A stretch of 64,000 bases of DNA, from assembly GCA_965200315.1 (NCBI GenBank), contig OZ241362.1, positions 3,392,001 to 3,456,000 of the forward strand. The letters are read 5' to 3'. This DNA comes from Candidatus Latescibacterota bacterium. GTDB lineage: Bacteria > Latescibacterota > UBA2968 > UBA8231. The position numbers and the translations under genes are program-made. The notes beneath the pieces were generated by a model. The model searched no databases. It was not told the origin of the DNA and saw only the letters and a program-made list of their open reading frames with translations. This document shows, in pieces, positions 59,967-64,000 of the stretch (position 1 is its first letter; each line of letters opens with the position of its first letter).

Positions 59967-60540
59967 AGAAAATCACCGTGGAACTGACGGCTTCAGCCGT
60001 TCAGGGGGATCAGTGCGCGTTTCTTGACGAGCGGGCAACTCACTAGGTTACGCACCGGATGACGGAGGAATTCGCGCTGACCGCCATCGAAGACGTATCG
60101 CCTCGTTTTATGCTCTCTAATCGCCATCTCGCGCTTAGTGTTTCCGACGCAAGCTGCGTACCTGTTCCACTCGATGCTTGACTACAAGGCTGCAAGGGCT
60201 GGTAGTATCGTGAGCCTGCTCGGGTTGCTGTATGGTAAAGAAGAAGCGGTTGTCTGATCGGTGGCATTTCTAAAGCCTCCGGTTTAGCGCGGTGCTCGCG
60301 TTAGGGGGGCTAGAAAAGGCAGGGACAAGCGGGTGGCGTTAGCCATCAGTGGCTGACTCGCGCTATGCCAGAGGGTGAAAGTACTGTGCGCCGAATCCGC
60401 CAAGCAGGCGGCCCCGTCCCCAGCCTCCTCCCAGTCAGCAAGTTACGCGACCGACAGTGCGACGGCTATGTGTTGGCTTGTTCGTTGGAGACGGCAGCGA
60501 AGGCTGGCTGGTAGATGGGCTGTCGCTAGCGGCTAGCGAT

Positions 60541-60786
60541 TCAGACCTCGTCTAAGTCCGCACCCTCTTCCGGCGAGAGGACGATGCGCCCCTCGGCAAA
60601 ATCCAGCATGGCACTGGCCGATGAATTGGGCTGCTCTTCCTCAGCAGTTTCGCTGTCAGCTTCTCTCAGTTTGCGCTCTATATTAATGTCTCGTGCGCGT
60701 TGCGACAGGCTGCGGCAGGCTTGAAAGGCGTTGATTTCGCCTTCCAGCTTGATGGCGACTTCCCGAGAAAACATCGACTTGGCCAT
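60541..60786 (-). CDS. rpoZ: RNA polymerase omega subunit-like protein
   Basis: 81 aa; NAFQACRSLSQRARDIN and AMLDFAEGRI fit the omega pattern (N.F......RAR ... AL.E...G.I). Confidence 0.6.
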   Translation of the reverse strand: MAKSMFSREVAIKLEGEINAFQACRSLSQRARDINIERKLREADSETAEEEQPNSSASAMLDFAEGRIVLSPEEGADLDEV

Positions 60787-60907
60787 TGTAGCTCCCGAGG
60801 TGAAAGGTGGATGAGGGCAGACATTGTTACAAAATCATACAAATTATGCAATTTTGCTGAAACGGGCAATTTTCACAGGTGGCCGAGCGGCTCGACAGCA
60901 GGGCGTT

Positions 60908-61642
60908 CTAGATCGCCCAATACTTCCACAGATCCTCCGGTACTTCATAGCGCATGGCTTCGCGCTCGGCGTAGTGCCAGCGGGAGAAAAGCCCCAGCCT
61001 CGGATTGGAGCGGATGTTGGCCGAGCCGGTGTGGCACAGAAAGCAGTGCCAGAAAATCACGTCCCCGGCTCGCGCCACAAATTGCTCTGGCCCGTGGGGC
61101 GAGCGGTCTGAAAACAGCCCCCATTGGCGCGGTTCCCAATCCTCGCGCTCGCGGAAACTGCCGTCGATGTGGGCGGGATGCTCGCGGAAGTACGCGTGGG
61201 TCGGCAGATGGCTCTGCGGCCAGTAAACAAAGGCCCCGCCGTTTGCTTCCACATCGTCTAAGTAAGCAGTCGCCCCCAGCATAAAACCGCCGCTCCAGCC
61301 CCCCGGTCCGTAGCCGTCGATATGCCCTTGGCCCGGCCAGTCCCACGCTTCCCCCAAGCGCGGCCACTGCACCAGCATGGACCCACCGCCGCCGCCAAAC
61401 TGCCCCCCGCCCATCATCCCAACCACCGCCAGCATCTGCGGAAGCTGCCCAAAGGCCGGTTCAACCGCAAACCCGTCAATCACATAGCTATCGGGCCAAC
61501 TCGCCGGGTCTTGTGGATCGGCCCCTACGTGATCCCAGAACTGCCCGCGCCAAGCGGCTATCTGCTCCGGCGCGATGAAGTTTTCCAGAATCAAATACCC
61601 CTGCTGCTTAAAAAACGCGATCTGTTGCTTGCTCAGTGTCAT
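60908..61642 (-). CDS. PhyH family dioxygenase
   Basis: FKQQGYL, GHID, WPQSH, LCHTG. Confidence 0.88.
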   Translation of the reverse strand: MTLSKQQIAFFKQQGYLILENFIAPEQIAAWRGQFWDHVGADPQDPASWPDSYVIDGFAVEPAFGQLPQMLAVVGMMGGGQFGGGGGSMLVQWPRLGEAWDWPGQGHIDGYGPGGWSGGFMLGATAYLDDVEANGGAFVYWPQSHLPTHAYFREHPAHIDGSFREREDWEPRQWGLFSDRSPHGPEQFVARAGDVIFWHCFLCHTGSANIRSNPRLGLFSRWHYAEREAMRYEVPEDLWKYWAI

Positions 61643-61664
61643 GCCATACCTCTCATAGCGATTT

Positions 61665-62840
61665 TCATCGCGCTTCTCCTTGCGCTTTCTGCACGGTTAG
61701 TTTCACCTTCTCTGGCTTGATGCTGGTAATCTTCAACCCTGTTACATGGCGCACGGACCGGGCGGACACCTCAAAGGTCCTCCGCTGCAACCTGACGAGA
61801 TCGGCGTCAATGACAACCTCAAAATCCTCATTACTCGCCAAAAACATGTCCCGTCGCGGTCCGGCCACCGCGATCTCTACCTCTTGGGGGCTGACGTCCG
61901 TTAGCGCATATCCTTCGGGCACGTTCTCCACGGCTACGGGTACTTGGAGGACTGCTTCCTCGACTGTCGCGCCCGGCACGAATACCAGCCACGCACCCAA
62001 GGCCATGGCAAAGGACAAAAGACCTTCCACTAGACGCCGGCCCAACCGACGCCACTCGACCCGGTGCGCGTTCACTTGGGTCCCCGTATGTTGCAAGTAG
62101 CTTCTGATCCTGTTCGACAATTTGCCCGCGTCTGTACCTCTCAGAATCTCAAGTTGCCCCCGCTCGGCAATCCCAATGGTGCCACGCTCCTCTGATACTA
62201 CCAGACACAGGGCATCGCTGCGTTCGGCCAAGCCCAGTGCGGCCGCGTGCCGCGTACCACCTCCCTTCAGTTCATCCCTATTCTCGGAAAGTGGTAAATG
62301 CACGCCAAACTCCTTGATCCTATTGTTCTGCATCACCAGTGCGCCGTCGTGCCCAGCCGAGCCGGGATCGAAAAGGCTGTCGAGAAGTGCTTCGCTGATT
62401 TCCGCGTCCAAAGGGACCCCACTCTGCAAAAAATGTCGCTCTAGCGGCTCGCGCCCCGGCAGGACCATCAAGGCTCCGCGCTTTTTCTCGGCCAACAGAA
62501 CCAACCCCCTACTCAGCGTTCCTATGCTGGTCCCGTCCAGCTTCGGAGCCTTGCGGCGCAGACCGAGCGTGGCGATCTGCTCAAAGAGCCGGCGCAAATC
62601 ATCTTGGAACACCACCACTAGCACCAGCACTAATCCCGCAAAAAAGCCTTGGAATATCCAAGTTGTTAGCTGCAACTTGAATTGCTGCGCTATCAGGTGG
62701 TAGAAGACGCCCAAAAAAGCCAGACCGAGCAGGGCCATTCGCGCTCGGCGGGTCCAAACCACTAGACCCCAAAGCAGCAACGCGACGACTGCAATATCTA
62801 CCAGATCAGTGGGTGCGATATCCAACAGGGGTGTGTGCAA
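61665..62840 (-). CDS. cdaA: diadenylate cyclase CdaA fused to a YbbR (CdaR-like) domain
   Basis: Three TM helices, VVFQDDLRR, GALMV, HDGA, GTRHAAA, VVSEERG; fourth TM, then YbbR-like VPVAVENVPEG. Confidence 0.9.
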   Translation of the reverse strand: MHTPLLDIAPTDLVDIAVVALLLWGLVVWTRRARMALLGLAFLGVFYHLIAQQFKLQLTTWIFQGFFAGLVLVLVVVFQDDLRRLFEQIATLGLRRKAPKLDGTSIGTLSRGLVLLAEKKRGALMVLPGREPLERHFLQSGVPLDAEISEALLDSLFDPGSAGHDGALVMQNNRIKEFGVHLPLSENRDELKGGGTRHAAALGLAERSDALCLVVSEERGTIGIAERGQLEILRGTDAGKLSNRIRSYLQHTGTQVNAHRVEWRRLGRRLVEGLLSFAMALGAWLVFVPGATVEEAVLQVPVAVENVPEGYALTDVSPQEVEIAVAGPRRDMFLASNEDFEVVIDADLVRLQRRTFEVSARSVRHVTGLKITSIKPEKVKLTVQKAQGEAR

Positions 62841-62874
62841 AATAACCTATCTTGGCATCTCCCCGAGGAATGGG

Positions 62875-63621
62875 TCAAGCTCCGGGGAATGCCGCCAAAT
62901 ACACCTTGGTGCGCTCGTTCAAAATCCCGTAAAAAGCCCGCGTCTCTGCATCCTTGCTGTCCCGCCAAAACGCCGCCGGCATAGTCGAATCGTTCGCTAG
63001 CGGTGCCCGGTTGCGATGCCCGTAGTAAATCTGCACAGTCCGCCGCTCTGCCTGCGTGGGCCGCGTCGTCGCCGTGTGCAGTACGGCTACGTTAAACAGT
63101 GCGCAGGTCCCGGCCGGACCGTGCAAGTTATATTCACCACCTCGCTTGAGCTGCTCTTCCTTATCTTCGAGCACCGGCTGGCTTACTGCTTCTGGAGACA
63201 GCGAAAAACAATGGGTTCCCTCATTGACATCGGACAGATAGACCATGAGTTGGATGTAGTCCATGCGGAACGGATGCTCGCCCCAATGCGGCCGGTCGCG
63301 GTGCCAACCTTGGTGCAACGGGCCGTCGTAGGCTCGCATCATCCGCAGCCCGATCTCGCCAAAGCAGAGCGGCCCGCCCATCAGGGCCTCGATCGTCGGA
63401 TATATCTTTGGGTGGCGGATCAGTTCGTCGAACTCCGGCGAGGTGATCAACGCCTCGTAGTTGGTGTGCTGGTGGTGGCCGTAGGAGTGCCAGAAATAGG
63501 GGTACTTTTCCATATCGCCATCGAACATGGCGCGGAAGTACTGCACGTCGTCGTTGTCGAGCACCTGACCTAGGTTGAGATAGCCGTTTGCGGCAAAGAA
63601 ATCGCGGTCCGCTTGGTCCAT
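62875..63621 (-). CDS. PhyH family dioxygenase
   Basis: FAANGYL, GWHRD, VLHTA. Confidence 0.88.
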   Translation of the reverse strand: MDQADRDFFAANGYLNLGQVLDNDDVQYFRAMFDGDMEKYPYFWHSYGHHQHTNYEALITSPEFDELIRHPKIYPTIEALMGGPLCFGEIGLRMMRAYDGPLHQGWHRDRPHWGEHPFRMDYIQLMVYLSDVNEGTHCFSLSPEAVSQPVLEDKEEQLKRGGEYNLHGPAGTCALFNVAVLHTATTRPTQAERRTVQIYYGHRNRAPLANDSTMPAAFWRDSKDAETRAFYGILNERTKVYLAAFPGA

Positions 63622-63645
63622 TGCCTTGTCTCCTGATTAGAAGGT

Positions 63646-63670
63646 GGGCAACCACAAGGGTTGCCCCTAC
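63646..63670. repeat. GTAG-type REP-like palindrome
   Basis: Reverse complement GTAGGGGCAACCCTTGTGGTTGCCC. Confidence 0.7.
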
Positions 63671-63709
63671 AATCGAAAAATGGCCGACGCCAGAGACGCC
63701 GGTCTAATC

Positions 63710-64000
63710 CTATCGGTAGGGAATCCCGTCGCCGTGCCAAGGCAGGCGAAAGCTGGGCTGCTGGCTGTAACGCCGCATGGCGAGCGACAATTCGATTTGA
63801 CTGGCCGGTGCCAGTTCAACTTGGAAATACGTGCCATCCACGTCGAGGGCCTCGTCGCCAGCTCGCACCCGGCCAAAGCAGTGCTCGCCAAAGCTACCAG
63901 CGCCGACGACCACCTGTCGGGTGCGGCTCGTGCTCAAGTTGACCAGCGTCAGCTCCGCACTGTCAGCGCTGAGGCCGGTCACTAGGGCGGCAACGTCTTG
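63710..64000 (-). CDS. hypothetical protein, C-terminal part (runs off the window)
   Basis: Open from the window edge: DVAALVTGLSADSAELTLVNLS...GSFGEH...PSFRLPW. Confidence 0.65.
   Translation of the reverse strand, partial: QDVAALVTGLSADSAELTLVNLSTSRTRQVVVGAGSFGEHCFGRVRAGDEALDVDGTYFQVELAPASQIELSLAMRRYSQQPSFRLPWHGDGIPYR

Overview
GC-rich bacterial DNA with about 45 apparently intact genes and about 9 gene remnants. No rRNA, tRNA or CRISPR array was found. Catabolic genes dominate: nine PhyH-family Fe(II)/2-oxoglutarate dioxygenases, Gfo/Idh/MocA oxidoreductases, a sulfatase, GH-like TIM-barrel and beta-propeller proteins, and an AKR-SIS-SDR-ROK-MetE-like operon. This profile resembles sponge-associated Latescibacterota/Poribacteria-type genomes (inference). 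Recognisable housekeeping genes are katG, topB, tag, comM, cdaA, an EndoQ-UvrD fusion and an RND efflux system. Many remnants lost their centres or ends by deletion, including an eroded restriction-modification islet, and several MITE- and REP-like repeats are present. The most striking feature is 31387-32370. There, the N-terminus of an ECF sigma factor, preceded by an ECF-type promoter, is joined in frame to a highly condensed, divergent RNA polymerase beta'-like polypeptide that keeps the catalytic DFDGD motif. An omega-like gene outside its usual context lies at 60541-60786. All calls come from reading motifs by eye; no database searches were run.
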